Of a DNA stretch of 35,606 nucleotides, positions 27,333-35,606 are shown in pieces. The translations under genes and the position numbers were made by a program. The stretch lies in sequence record DRR723986_15183. One strand, given 5' to 3'. The notes below the pieces were generated by a model. It saw only the letters and a program-made list of their open reading frames with translations, did no database searches and was not told the DNA's origin. The first letter of the stretch is position 1, and the number at the start of each line of letters is the position of its first letter.

Positions 27333-28475
27333 ATGAAGTACGAAATTCCATTTAATAAGCCCTTTTTAACAGGAAAGGAAACTGAATACATTGAGGATGC
27401 AGTTGCTACCGGTCAATTAGCCGGGAATGGAACTTATACTCAAAAATGTCACGACTATTTTGAAAATAAATTTGGTTTTAACAAGTGCTTTTTGACAACA
27501 TCTTGTACGGACGCTTTAGAAATGGCTGCAATATTGATCAATATTGAACCAGGAGACGAAGTCATCATGCCGGCTTATACTTTCGTCTCTACAGCTAACG
27601 CTTTCGTTTTGAGAGGTGCAAAAATTGTATTCTGTGATTCATCTGCCAATAATCCGAACATTGATCCAGAACGCATTGAAAGTTTAATAACTGATAAAAC
27701 AAAAGCCTTGGTTGTAGTTCATTATGCAGGAGTAGCCTGTGATATGGATAAAATTTTATCGATTACTGAAAAGCATAACCTTTATCTTATTGAAGATGCT
27801 GCACAGGCAATTGACTCCTATTATAAAGGCAGAGCACTTGGTTCATTCGGTCATTTCAGCACCTTTTCATTTCATGAAACCAAGAATATTATTTCTGGAG
27901 AAGGAGGTATGCTGGTAGTAAATGATCCTTCTTATATAAAAAGAGCTGAAATTATTTGGGAAAAAGGAACGAATAGAAAGGCCTTTTTTAGAGGAGAGGT
28001 TGATAAATACACTTGGGTTGATATAGGATCTTCTTTTTTACCTGGAGAGATCATTGCCGCATTTCTTTATGCACAATTAGAAAACCTAGAGCAAATTCAG
28101 GCTAAACGTGTAAAACTTTGGAACACCTATTTTTCTGAGCTAAAAACAGTTGCCGAGACAAACGGTGTTCATCTTCTTCAAATGCCTGAATTCGCAACGA
28201 ATAATGGCCATTTATTTTACTTGATTCTGAATTCTGAAAAGCAAAGAACTGCATTGATGCAGCATTTGAAAGCAGAAAACATTTTAGCCGTATTCCATTA
28301 TATCGGCCTAGATCAAAGCGATTTTTACAAGCAGCACAATAACACCAAATTCAATTTTCAATTAGAGAACTCAAAACTTTATACCAAAAGGTTATTGCGC
28401 CTACCTCTCTTCTTTAGTTTAAGCCCAAATGAGCAACATAGGGTTATCTCTACTATCAAAGATTTTTTCTCATGA
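27333..28475 (+). CDS. rffA: dTDP-4-amino-4,6-dideoxygalactose transaminase (WecE/RffA)
   Basis: IPFNKP, SCTDALEMAA, YTFVSTANAFVLRGA, VHYAGVAC, FSFHETKN, EKGTNR..FFRGEVDKYTW, matching WecE-specific segments. Confidence 0.92.
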   Translation: MKYEIPFNKPFLTGKETEYIEDAVATGQLAGNGTYTQKCHDYFENKFGFNKCFLTTSCTDALEMAAILINIEPGDEVIMPAYTFVSTANAFVLRGAKIVFCDSSANNPNIDPERIESLITDKTKALVVVHYAGVACDMDKILSITEKHNLYLIEDAAQAIDSYYKGRALGSFGHFSTFSFHETKNIISGEGGMLVVNDPSYIKRAEIIWEKGTNRKAFFRGEVDKYTWVDIGSSFLPGEIIAAFLYAQLENLEQIQAKRVKLWNTYFSELKTVAETNGVHLLQMPEFATNNGHLFYLILNSEKQRTALMQHLKAENILAVFHYIGLDQSDFYKQHNNTKFNFQLENSKLYTKRLLRLPLFFSLSPNEQHRVISTIKDFFS

Positions 28476-29572
28476 AAGTCATACATTTAGGAGATGACAA
28501 CATATTCATGGACGCCGCAAAAAGGCAGTTTGATCAATGCGATTTAGAAAGTAATGATTTGCTGATTTGGAGCGACAAAACGCCTTTAAAAAAAACGAAA
28601 TCTGAAATAAAGTACTTGTTGAGCTACACCAGCTCAGACTCAATTATTTCAGAAGCAATTCAAGATTATGATTTAATTGTGCTGCATAGCCTTACCGTTG
28701 CAAATGCGCATATCGTCAACAATCTAATTAAGTCTCATCAAAAGACTGTTTGGATGTTACACGGTTATGAAGCATATACTACCTCAGCGTTTAAATCTAA
28801 AGACCTGTACTCATCAAAATCACGCGCTTTTGACAATAATGAGAATTTTATTAAAAATGTGGCCAGACCCATTGTAGAACGCTTCAAGACTACTCAAAAT
28901 AAGCAAGTTTTAGCTGCCGCCAAAAAAGTAGATTATTTAGGTAGTTTATACAAGGAAGAGCATGAATTCATCTGTTCAAAATTAAAAATGGGAGCTCAAT
29001 GGTTTGAATTCACCTACTATCCAATAAGTCAGATAATTGGCCACAATGATCAGCTTGTAGAAGGCACAGATATTTTATTAGGTAATTCAGCAAGTTTATC
29101 AAACAATCATTTAGACTTGATTGATAAACTTCAACAACTGAACTTAGAAGATAGAAAAGTTGTTTGTCCCTTAAGTTATGGTGACGAAAAGTATGCTGAA
29201 CAGGTCATTGAGTATTCAAAAAAACACCTTGGAAAAAACTTTTTTCCTCTTAAAGAATTTATTGAAATTGAGTCTTATAACAAGATATTAAACTCTTGCT
29301 CCATATGTATAATGAATCACTACCGACAGCAAGCTGTTGGAACGGTTCTAACCATGATCTATAAAGGGGCGAAAGTATATTTGAATGAAAAAAACAGTCT
29401 TTATCATTTTCTGAAAAGAATTGGCGTTAAGGTCTTTTCATTGTTGGAGGAGAACATCAGTCTGACCCCTCTGACAAAGAAAGATAAACAAGCGAATCAA
29501 CAAATAATTAAATCAATGCTGGAAGAAACCATATTAGTTGATCGATTGAAATCAGTTTTGAGAAGCATTTAG
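28472..29572 (+). CDS. dTDP-Fuc4NAc transferase, WecF/RffT-like (GT56)
   Basis: ILLGNSASLSNNH, VVCPLSYG, HYRQQAVGT, KVYLNEKNS parallel the WecF C-terminal motifs; ATGA overlap with wecE. Confidence 0.8.
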   Translation: MKVIHLGDDNIFMDAAKRQFDQCDLESNDLLIWSDKTPLKKTKSEIKYLLSYTSSDSIISEAIQDYDLIVLHSLTVANAHIVNNLIKSHQKTVWMLHGYEAYTTSAFKSKDLYSSKSRAFDNNENFIKNVARPIVERFKTTQNKQVLAAAKKVDYLGSLYKEEHEFICSKLKMGAQWFEFTYYPISQIIGHNDQLVEGTDILLGNSASLSNNHLDLIDKLQQLNLEDRKVVCPLSYGDEKYAEQVIEYSKKHLGKNFFPLKEFIEIESYNKILNSCSICIMNHYRQQAVGTVLTMIYKGAKVYLNEKNSLYHFLKRIGVKVFSLLEENISLTPLTKKDKQANQQIIKSMLEETILVDRLKSVLRSI

Positions 29573-29575
29573 GGA

Positions 29576-30661
29576 ATGAGAATAGTTTTATTCGTAAAAT
29601 ATTATGATGGTTTCATCAATAGTTTAGATGAAAAACTCAAGGCACAACCAGAAATGAGTTATGCAGATAGCTTAGATTTTGTTACCAAGGCATCAACCAA
29701 CATTTTTGCTCCATATGTTTCTGAGTTCAAAAAGCTTGGACATGATGCTGAATTAATTATTCCAAACTTTGAAACCTTGCAGTTTCGTTGGGCGAAAGAA
29801 AATAATTTTCCCATAGACAAAAACTGGAGATTCGCTATCCCTAAAGCACAGCTAGAAAAAAATCCAACAGACATCTTATTCATCAATAGTAATTTCGAAT
29901 ATTATGATTCTTTTCTAAACGAATCCAGGGCTTTTACAAATAAGGTAGTTGCTTGGATTTCGTGTCCTTTTGATGCTTCTTTAAATCTATCTAATGTCGA
30001 TCATGTTTTCACATTATTTGGACCGCATTTTGATTTTTTCACTAAAAACAGTCAGCCGGTAACGCTAACTCAAGGAGCATTCGACCCAACTATTTTAGCT
30101 GATAACACATTTCAACGAGATATAGATTTTTCGTTCATTGGCGGCATAGGGAACTTCCATAAAGAACGTGAACACTATCTCAAGAAACTGGTAAAAAAAA
30201 CTCCTTTAAAAATATGGGGTTATGGATACAACAGCGATCAACCCTTTAAAAATATTCTTAAACAATTTCAACATGGTTTCGCTTTTAACAAAGCCTTTCA
30301 AGGACAAGCTTGGGGCAATGATATGCATGAAATTTTACTGCGTTCAAAAATCACCTTCAATATCCATGGAGACATTGCAAAGGGGCATGCTGTGAACATG
30401 CGTCTTTTTGAAGCAACCGGTGCAGGCGCCCTATTACTGACTGAAAAATCAAGCAATTTGGCTAATTTTTTCACGCCAGACAAAGAAGTCATTACTTACA
30501 GTAACCCTGACGAGGCAATAGAGAAGGTTAACTATTACCTAGAACATGAAGATGAACGAAATCAAATTGCAAATGCAGGGCAAACGAAAACCCTAAATCA
30601 ACATTGTTTCAAACATTTAGCTCACAAATACGTAGACATTTTTGAATCTATCTTGAAATGA
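29576..30661 (+). CDS. Glycosyltransferase, CgeB / Glyco_trans_1_2-like
   Basis: DIDFSFIG, SKITFNIH, NMRLFEATGAGALLLTE, YYLEHEDERNQIANAG. Confidence 0.85.
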   Translation: MRIVLFVKYYDGFINSLDEKLKAQPEMSYADSLDFVTKASTNIFAPYVSEFKKLGHDAELIIPNFETLQFRWAKENNFPIDKNWRFAIPKAQLEKNPTDILFINSNFEYYDSFLNESRAFTNKVVAWISCPFDASLNLSNVDHVFTLFGPHFDFFTKNSQPVTLTQGAFDPTILADNTFQRDIDFSFIGGIGNFHKEREHYLKKLVKKTPLKIWGYGYNSDQPFKNILKQFQHGFAFNKAFQGQAWGNDMHEILLRSKITFNIHGDIAKGHAVNMRLFEATGAGALLLTEKSSNLANFFTPDKEVITYSNPDEAIEKVNYYLEHEDERNQIANAGQTKTLNQHCFKHLAHKYVDIFESILK

Positions 30662-31296
30662 GAAATAGTTTAGCTAACATACCTGGATTGAAATCGATCT
30701 ATAATTATTTCGCAGCAGTAAATCATCAGCTGAAATCAAAAAAGCTACGTTTTGGCAGATCCGTAGAAATAAAAAATTGTCAATTCGGTCAACATGTTTC
30801 TTTAGGCGATTATGTCAATATTAAAGATTCCTTCATTGATGATTATTCGTATTGCAGTTATGGTTCGTTAATCAGAAATACTAGCGTGGGTAAATTTTGC
30901 TCTATTGGCCACGGCGTTCAGATAGGTCTTGGTTCTCATCCGTTTAACGAATTTGAATCTTCACATCCATTGTTTTTTTCAGCTAGAAAACAAGTCGGAT
31001 TCAGCATTTTAAAAGAGTCTAAGTTTGATGAATTTAAACCTGTAACTATCGGTAATGATGTTTGGATAGGCGCCAGAGTCACCATTTTAGATGGTGTCAA
31101 AATTGGAGATGGAGCAGTTATAGCTGCAGGTGCGGTTGTCAACAAAGATGTTGAGCCTTTTAGTTTGGTTGCAGGTGTTCCAGCAGTCCATAAAAAGTTT
31201 AAATTTGACGAATTAAAAATACAAGAAATTTTATCTGATCCTTGGTGGGAAAAATCGATTGAATGGATCAAGGAGAATAAAATCAAAACAGCTTAA
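30658..31296 (+). CDS. Hexapeptide-repeat (CatB/Vat-like) acyltransferase for glycan modification
   Basis: VGKFCSIG..GLGSHP, IGNDVWIGARVTILDGVKIGDGAVIAAGAVV, VAGVPA, PWW; ATGA overlap with the upstream GT. Confidence 0.87.
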   Translation: MRNSLANIPGLKSIYNYFAAVNHQLKSKKLRFGRSVEIKNCQFGQHVSLGDYVNIKDSFIDDYSYCSYGSLIRNTSVGKFCSIGHGVQIGLGSHPFNEFESSHPLFFSARKQVGFSILKESKFDEFKPVTIGNDVWIGARVTILDGVKIGDGAVIAAGAVVNKDVEPFSLVAGVPAVHKKFKFDELKIQEILSDPWWEKSIEWIKENKIKTA

Positions 31297-31300
31297 CCTG

Positions 31301-32098
31301 GTGAAAAAACTTTTAAAGCGAATATTTAGTGCCTTCGGATATCAACTCGTAAAGAAAAACGATATAAAGCCATTTGACAACTACGATTATGGGACAGTGG
31401 CTAAAGAAATTCTAAAAATCACGAAGGACTACAGCATGATGCCAGAAATCAATTTAGTCACTCTTTTTGAACAAGCTGTGTATTGCGAAAAACAGAATAT
31501 CAATGGGGATTTCGTTGAGTGCGGAGTCTGGAAAGGCGGTGCGGTTGGAATGATGGCAGCGGCAAATTTGCAAAACAGTTCGACAAGAAGGCATCTTCAT
31601 TTATTTGACTCCTTTGAAGATATCTGTGAACCTGATCCAGAATTAGATGGTGAAAAAGCATTGCAGGATGTCAAAAGATTAGGAAATAAAAAGAAGTCAG
31701 AAATTGAAGGTAAGTTAGAACCAATCGAAGGTTTTTATGATTCAATGGGTGGAAACGGTACAATTGAAGAATGTCATGAATTGCTCTCCAAAAAATTGGG
31801 ATATGATGAAAGTTTTATTCATTACCACAAAGGTTGGTTTCAAAACACTCTAGAACAAGGCAAAAAAGAGATTGAAGAAATAGCCATTTTGAGATTAGAT
31901 GGGGACTGGTATGAGTCGATCAAAATATGCCTGGATATTTTATACGATAAAGTTGTAACTGGTGGAGTTATTGTAATTGACGATTATGGCTATTATGAAG
32001 GCTGCACGCGGGCGGTAGATGAATTCTTAGCTGAGCATAAAATCAAGACATTTTTGTCTTATTCAAATTATGGCTGCAGGTACTTTATAAAACCTTAA
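31301..32098 (+). CDS. TylF/MycF/NovP family sugar O-methyltransferase
   Basis: GDFVECGVWKGG, LFDSFE, KGWFQNT, ILRLDGDWYES, GGVIVIDDYG, AVDEF; GTG 31301 preferred over TTG 31259. Confidence 0.92.
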   Translation: MKKLLKRIFSAFGYQLVKKNDIKPFDNYDYGTVAKEILKITKDYSMMPEINLVTLFEQAVYCEKQNINGDFVECGVWKGGAVGMMAAANLQNSSTRRHLHLFDSFEDICEPDPELDGEKALQDVKRLGNKKKSEIEGKLEPIEGFYDSMGGNGTIEECHELLSKKLGYDESFIHYHKGWFQNTLEQGKKEIEEIAILRLDGDWYESIKICLDILYDKVVTGGVIVIDDYGYYEGCTRAVDEFLAEHKIKTFLSYSNYGCRYFIKP

Positions 32099-32104
32099 AC
32101 CGAC

Positions 32105-32851
32105 CTACTTTTTAACGCATAAAAAATCTTCTTGGCCTGATATTTTCTCATCTTCAACCGTAGACCAGGAATAGCCTATTTTTTCCAAGAAATCAAGACA
32201 CTGTTTTTTCACGCCATCAACATGACAATCGTGTGTGGCCAGTAGTAAATTTGGTGAGAATTCTACCAAGAAATCTTGGCCACCAACGAGAACATCATAC
32301 TCTGCCCCTTCCACGTCAATCTTTATAAAACAATTTGCATTAAGGTGATATTTTTTAGCCAAATCATTTAATGTTGTCGCTTCAACTTTAATTTTATTAT
32401 CCCGAAACACACTTGATTCTGATTTATAGGTGTTGGCCGCCAAATTCCCGGAATCAGAGAATTCAATAGTTCCAGTCACATCTGCAACAGCAAGTTGCGC
32501 AAATTCGACATTTTTTATGTCGTTATTTTCTAAATGCCCTCGTAACAATTTAATATTTTCAGGGAATGGTTCAACCGCAAGATGCTTTGTTTCAGCTCCT
32601 GATGTCTTTCCAGCAATTAAAGAAAAATATCCTGCATTGGCGCCAATATCAACAAACCTTTTTCCGGCAGAAATTTCATCAATAACAATATCAGCCAAAG
32701 CCGATTCATAATTACCCAATAAATAACGACTGTCTGGAACTGAGACTGACCATTTAAACCCTTTTATCGGTCCTTCTTGAATACTCAGAAGTCTAGAACT
32801 GTTAAGCCCTCGCAGTAGTTTATATCGAATCTTTGAGAAAGTCTTAGCCAT
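32105..32851 (-). CDS. FkbM family SAM-dependent methyltransferase
   Basis: LGNYE, FVDIGANAGYFS, AVEPFPEN, FIKIDVEGAEYDVL; ATG 32851 (TTG 32857 alternative). Confidence 0.92.
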   Translation of the reverse strand: MAKTFSKIRYKLLRGLNSSRLLSIQEGPIKGFKWSVSVPDSRYLLGNYESALADIVIDEISAGKRFVDIGANAGYFSLIAGKTSGAETKHLAVEPFPENIKLLRGHLENNDIKNVEFAQLAVADVTGTIEFSDSGNLAANTYKSESSVFRDNKIKVEATTLNDLAKKYHLNANCFIKIDVEGAEYDVLVGGQDFLVEFSPNLLLATHDCHVDGVKKQCLDFLEKIGYSWSTVEDEKISGQEDFLCVKK

Positions 32852-32863
32852 GGCCAATAATAC

Positions 32864-32881
32864 TTATATTTGCAAATATAA
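32864..32881. promoter_or_regulatory. Perfect 18-bp palindrome TTATATTTGCAAATATAA carrying a TATATTTG -7 element on each strand
   Basis: Sits in the 44-nt gap between the divergent FkbM and GT2 genes. Confidence 0.75.
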
Positions 32882-32895
32882 CCTTTACCTATATC

Positions 32896-33666
32896 TTGGC
32901 ATCAATAGCGCTTACAATTGTTACCGTCACCTACAATAATATTGAAGGTTTAAAGAGAACATTGACAAGTGTATCTAAGCTAGATCGAAACAATCTAGAG
33001 CACATAATTATAGACGGAGGCTCAACTGATGGTAGTCAGGAGTATTTGAAAGATTATTCAATTCATCCTATCCGTATTATTTCAGAGAAAGACCAAGGAA
33101 TTTATGATGCAATGAACAAAGGGATTTCAATGGGTACAGGAATCTGGATAAATTTTATGAATGCTGGAGATGTTTTTCATGATGACTTTTCATTAGCACT
33201 TATTGGAAATCAAAATCATGATCTACTATACGGTTCTGCAGAAGTCAAATACAATGATGGATATAAACGTAAAATGCAACCTGGCACACTCGATTCGTTA
33301 TGGAAAGGCATGTCTTTTTCGCACCAAAGTGTTTTTGTTAAACGGGAACTGATGGAAAAAAATCCGTTCAATTTGACTTATCTATACTGTGCTGATTTCG
33401 ATTTTATATTTGGCTTGTATACTAACAACCATTCATTCTTTGATTTAAACCAGTTAATTTGTTCGATTGAGGCTGGAGGAATTTCAGATGCTAAGAGATT
33501 CAAGGCAACGAAAGAAGTGTTTGCTATCAATAAAAAATTAAATCCTAAGTTTAGAATTTACCTTTATTTCTATTTCAAAATTCTTTATGGATATATTTCG
33601 GTGGTCGTAAAAAAATGTATGCCTAAAAAAGCCGTTTCCGCAATTACCAAAGCAAAGTATAAATGA
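32896..33666 (+). CDS. Glycosyltransferase family 2 (WcaE/WfgS-like)
   Basis: IIIDGGSTDGS, SEKDQGIYDAMNKG, FMNAGD, HQSVF, ADFDF; TTG start. Confidence 0.92.
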   Translation: MASIALTIVTVTYNNIEGLKRTLTSVSKLDRNNLEHIIIDGGSTDGSQEYLKDYSIHPIRIISEKDQGIYDAMNKGISMGTGIWINFMNAGDVFHDDFSLALIGNQNHDLLYGSAEVKYNDGYKRKMQPGTLDSLWKGMSFSHQSVFVKRELMEKNPFNLTYLYCADFDFIFGLYTNNHSFFDLNQLICSIEAGGISDAKRFKATKEVFAINKKLNPKFRIYLYFYFKILYGYISVVVKKCMPKKAVSAITKAKYK

Positions 33667-34799
33667 AAGTTTTAACAGTTCAAAATATAGAAGGTGTTGC
33701 TGGATCTGAAAAGTACTTTCTAGCCCTGCTGCCAGAATTGATTAAAAACGAGGTTGAATGTGCCGTTTACTGCGTTTATAAAACGTCGAACCTTAAAAAG
33801 GCTCAGGTATTTTTCGACATGTTGGATGATGCCGGCATTCCCTACTATCTTCATGAAGTTAAGAGTTATGGATCTTTAGCTATTCCTAGAAAAATTGCAA
33901 AAACTTACCGAAAGGAGAACTTTGATATTATCCACACACATTTGATTTATGCCGATTTTTGGGGAGCCATGATTAAACGGCTATTCTTAAAAAAGGCTAA
34001 AGTTATCTCTACTAAACACGGCTATCATGAATCGACCTATGTTGAGTTCTGTAATCAACCCGAAAAACTACCACAAAATCTATACTCACGGTTATTTAAG
34101 TTTACGCATAAAGCTTTTGATAAATCCTATGCTTGTTCGCACGGTCTAGTGGATTTTTATGAAAGAGCCGGCTTAATTAAAAAAGGAAGTATGGATGTTA
34201 TTCAACATGGCTTTGATTATCCAGACATCATTGATTTCAATCAAGAAGAATATAAAAACTCAGGCTTACAATTAATTGTAGTTGGTAGATTAATTGAACG
34301 AAAGGGTCATGCAATCTTGCTAAGTATAATGCCTGATTTAATACAAAAATATCCTAACATCAATTTAAACATATTGGGTTCAGGGGAATTAGAGGCTGAC
34401 TTAAAAAACCAGTGTAACGAATTAGCAATTACAGCAAACGTTTCTTTTTTAGGATTTAAAACCGAAGTAGCTAACTATTTAGCGGCATCAACAATAGCAG
34501 TAGTTCCATCCTATTCTGAAGGCCTACCTCTTGTAATCTTTGAAGCCTTTAATGCTAAAGTTCCAGTGGTCACCTTTGATGCAATAGGTTGTAATGAACT
34601 CGTTCAGCACAATGAAACTGGGTTAATCGCAAAAGCTTTTTCTGCAGAGGATTTAAAAATTCAAATTATCAATATGATTGAAAATCCTGAAATGAGGAGA
34701 CGGTTTGTGGATAAAGGTTACAATTCACTCAACAATCATTTTTCTTTGAAAAGAATGACCCATGACACCATCAACTATTATCGTTCAATCCTAAAATAG
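33663..34799 (+). CDS. Glycosyltransferase family 4
   Basis: GVAGSEKY, DIIHTH, VGRLIERKG, PSYSEGLPLVIFEA (EX7E); ATGA overlap with GT2. Confidence 0.92.
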   Translation: MKVLTVQNIEGVAGSEKYFLALLPELIKNEVECAVYCVYKTSNLKKAQVFFDMLDDAGIPYYLHEVKSYGSLAIPRKIAKTYRKENFDIIHTHLIYADFWGAMIKRLFLKKAKVISTKHGYHESTYVEFCNQPEKLPQNLYSRLFKFTHKAFDKSYACSHGLVDFYERAGLIKKGSMDVIQHGFDYPDIIDFNQEEYKNSGLQLIVVGRLIERKGHAILLSIMPDLIQKYPNINLNILGSGELEADLKNQCNELAITANVSFLGFKTEVANYLAASTIAVVPSYSEGLPLVIFEAFNAKVPVVTFDAIGCNELVQHNETGLIAKAFSAEDLKIQIINMIENPEMRRRFVDKGYNSLNNHFSLKRMTHDTINYYRSILK

Positions 34800-35604
34800 T
34801 ATGCTTTTTTTCCAAAGCGAGATAGCATAAAACAAAAAAAGTAATACTATAAATTGGCAACTTATATCGCACCAATGCTCCGAAGTTATAAGATGTAAAT
34901 CCAACTGCAAATCCGAAAACCAATAAAAAAACCAGAAACATTTGCAACATGGGATGTCGCCGAAACACTGAGAAAAGTTTTCCCTTCCACCTAAACAACA
35001 CGTAAATAAACAATAGTAAAACGATAAAACTTTCCACTGCGCTGGCCAGCATAACTACGTTACTCGATTCCCAAAAATACGGTCTAAAAAAGGTAACATT
35101 TAGTGCAGCAGGAATTTTTTGAAATACTCCGCTAACCGTATAATTAACTTCTCCCAAATTATAAGCAGAACCAGCTGTGGTGGTATGCCATGAATGGAAC
35201 CCTTTGGCCTGTTTTTCTAGTCCTTCTGCAGAAAATTCTTGATTGGCCTGAATTAGTCCTCTACCAACAAAAAAGGCGAAAAATGTTATGAGCATCAACA
35301 AAATTGGCGTTATCAAAAACCTAATAAAATTAGAATGAATATTCGCTTTTACTTGGGCATAAATCAATACGAATACGGCTGGAATAAAAGAGAACAATAT
35401 ATATATTTTCAAGTGATACAATAAGAAAACTGAAATAAGCGCTAAACATATTTTACTTAAACCAAAATCCTTTTTAGTAATAATATGGTAAACCGCATAA
35501 ATCAAGCAATTTATGGCCGAGAAAGCGATCGAATCTTTCAGTAATCCTGTACTCCAAAAACTAACCGAAGGAACTAAAAAAACAGCTAGAAAAACATATG
35601 TTTT
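34771..35604 (-). CDS. Polytopic membrane protein, GT-C/Wzy-like (polymerase, ligase or oligosaccharyltransferase); 5' end beyond window
   Basis: Frame is open from the window edge, upstream of the track's TTG at 35505: ...VPSVSFWSTGLLKDS..., then FFRPYFWE and YNFGALVRYK, with many TMs and a periplasmic loop. Confidence 0.65.
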   Translation of the reverse strand, partial: KTYVFLAVFLVPSVSFWSTGLLKDSIAFSAINCLIYAVYHIITKKDFGLSKICLALISVFLLYHLKIYILFSFIPAVFVLIYAQVKANIHSNFIRFLITPILLMLITFFAFFVGRGLIQANQEFSAEGLEKQAKGFHSWHTTTAGSAYNLGEVNYTVSGVFQKIPAALNVTFFRPYFWESSNVVMLASAVESFIVLLLFIYVLFRWKGKLFSVFRRHPMLQMFLVFLLVFGFAVGFTSYNFGALVRYKLPIYSITFFVLCYLALEKKHTILGLNDNS

Positions 35605-35606
35605 TC

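Noticed and set aside
28588..30200. A8 tracts in wecF-like (28588-28595) and CgeB-like (30193-30200) genes as slippage switches
   Set aside because: Both frames are intact, and runs of 8 also occur in crp and ppx, as expected in AT-rich DNA
30658..31296. Chloramphenicol/streptogramin resistance gene (catB/vat)
   Set aside because: Same fold, but it is translationally coupled inside a glycan operon with no mobile context; glycan acylation is more parsimonious
87..32711. Short antisense or alternate-frame ORFs in the track (e.g. 87-314, 1975-2361, 14289-14591, 24252-24515, 30936-31286, 32430-32711)
   Set aside because: All lie within or across well-supported genes and show no recognisable motifs; treated as shadow ORFs
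32105..32881. Invertible (phase-variable) fkbM segment
   Set aside because: No flanking inverted repeats at both ends and no recombinase in the window
1..35606. CRISPR array, tRNA/rRNA, IS, prophage or known defence system
   Set aside because: Coding density is very high, the largest gap is about 285 nt, and I saw no periodic repeats, transposase, integrase or nuclease motifs

Overview
AT-rich (roughly 35% GC by eye) chromosomal segment of a Bacteroidota bacterium, most likely Flavobacteriales. Support: gldF/gldG, a T9SS C-terminal sorting domain, repeated TAnnTTTG -7 promoter elements and no Shine-Dalgarno sites. It holds about 33 tightly packed CDSs, and I saw no rRNA, tRNA, CRISPR array, prophage or IS. 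In order: (1) gldF-gldG-DUF4340-like gene, then a cysteine desulfurase (-); (2) a small secreted DUF2541-like protein with a strong terminator; (3) a translationally coupled minus-strand operon of ABC-2 ATPase, permease, Ppx/GppA, a conserved Cys/His protein and a 773-aa CAP + OmpA-like + helical protein, followed by an MscS with an inserted loop; (4) M48 peptidase, Crp/Fnr regulator with a perfect FNR-type box over its stop codon, DinB, GNAT, membrane protein and T9SS-secreted M1 aminopeptidase (+); (5) rdgB, DUF4293, ABC-F, fatty-acid desaturase, TetR and alpha/beta hydrolase (-), with two copies of a palindromic operator; (6) the start of a glycan locus: wzx, wecE- and wecF-like genes, GTs, a hexapeptide acyltransferase, two O-methyltransferases and a truncated GT-C/Wzy-like membrane protein. 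Best novelty candidates are the CAP/OmpA-ABC-Ppx operon and the ECA-like, methylated Fuc4N glycan locus, which may feed protein O-glycosylation. All family calls come from motif recognition by eye, not database searches.
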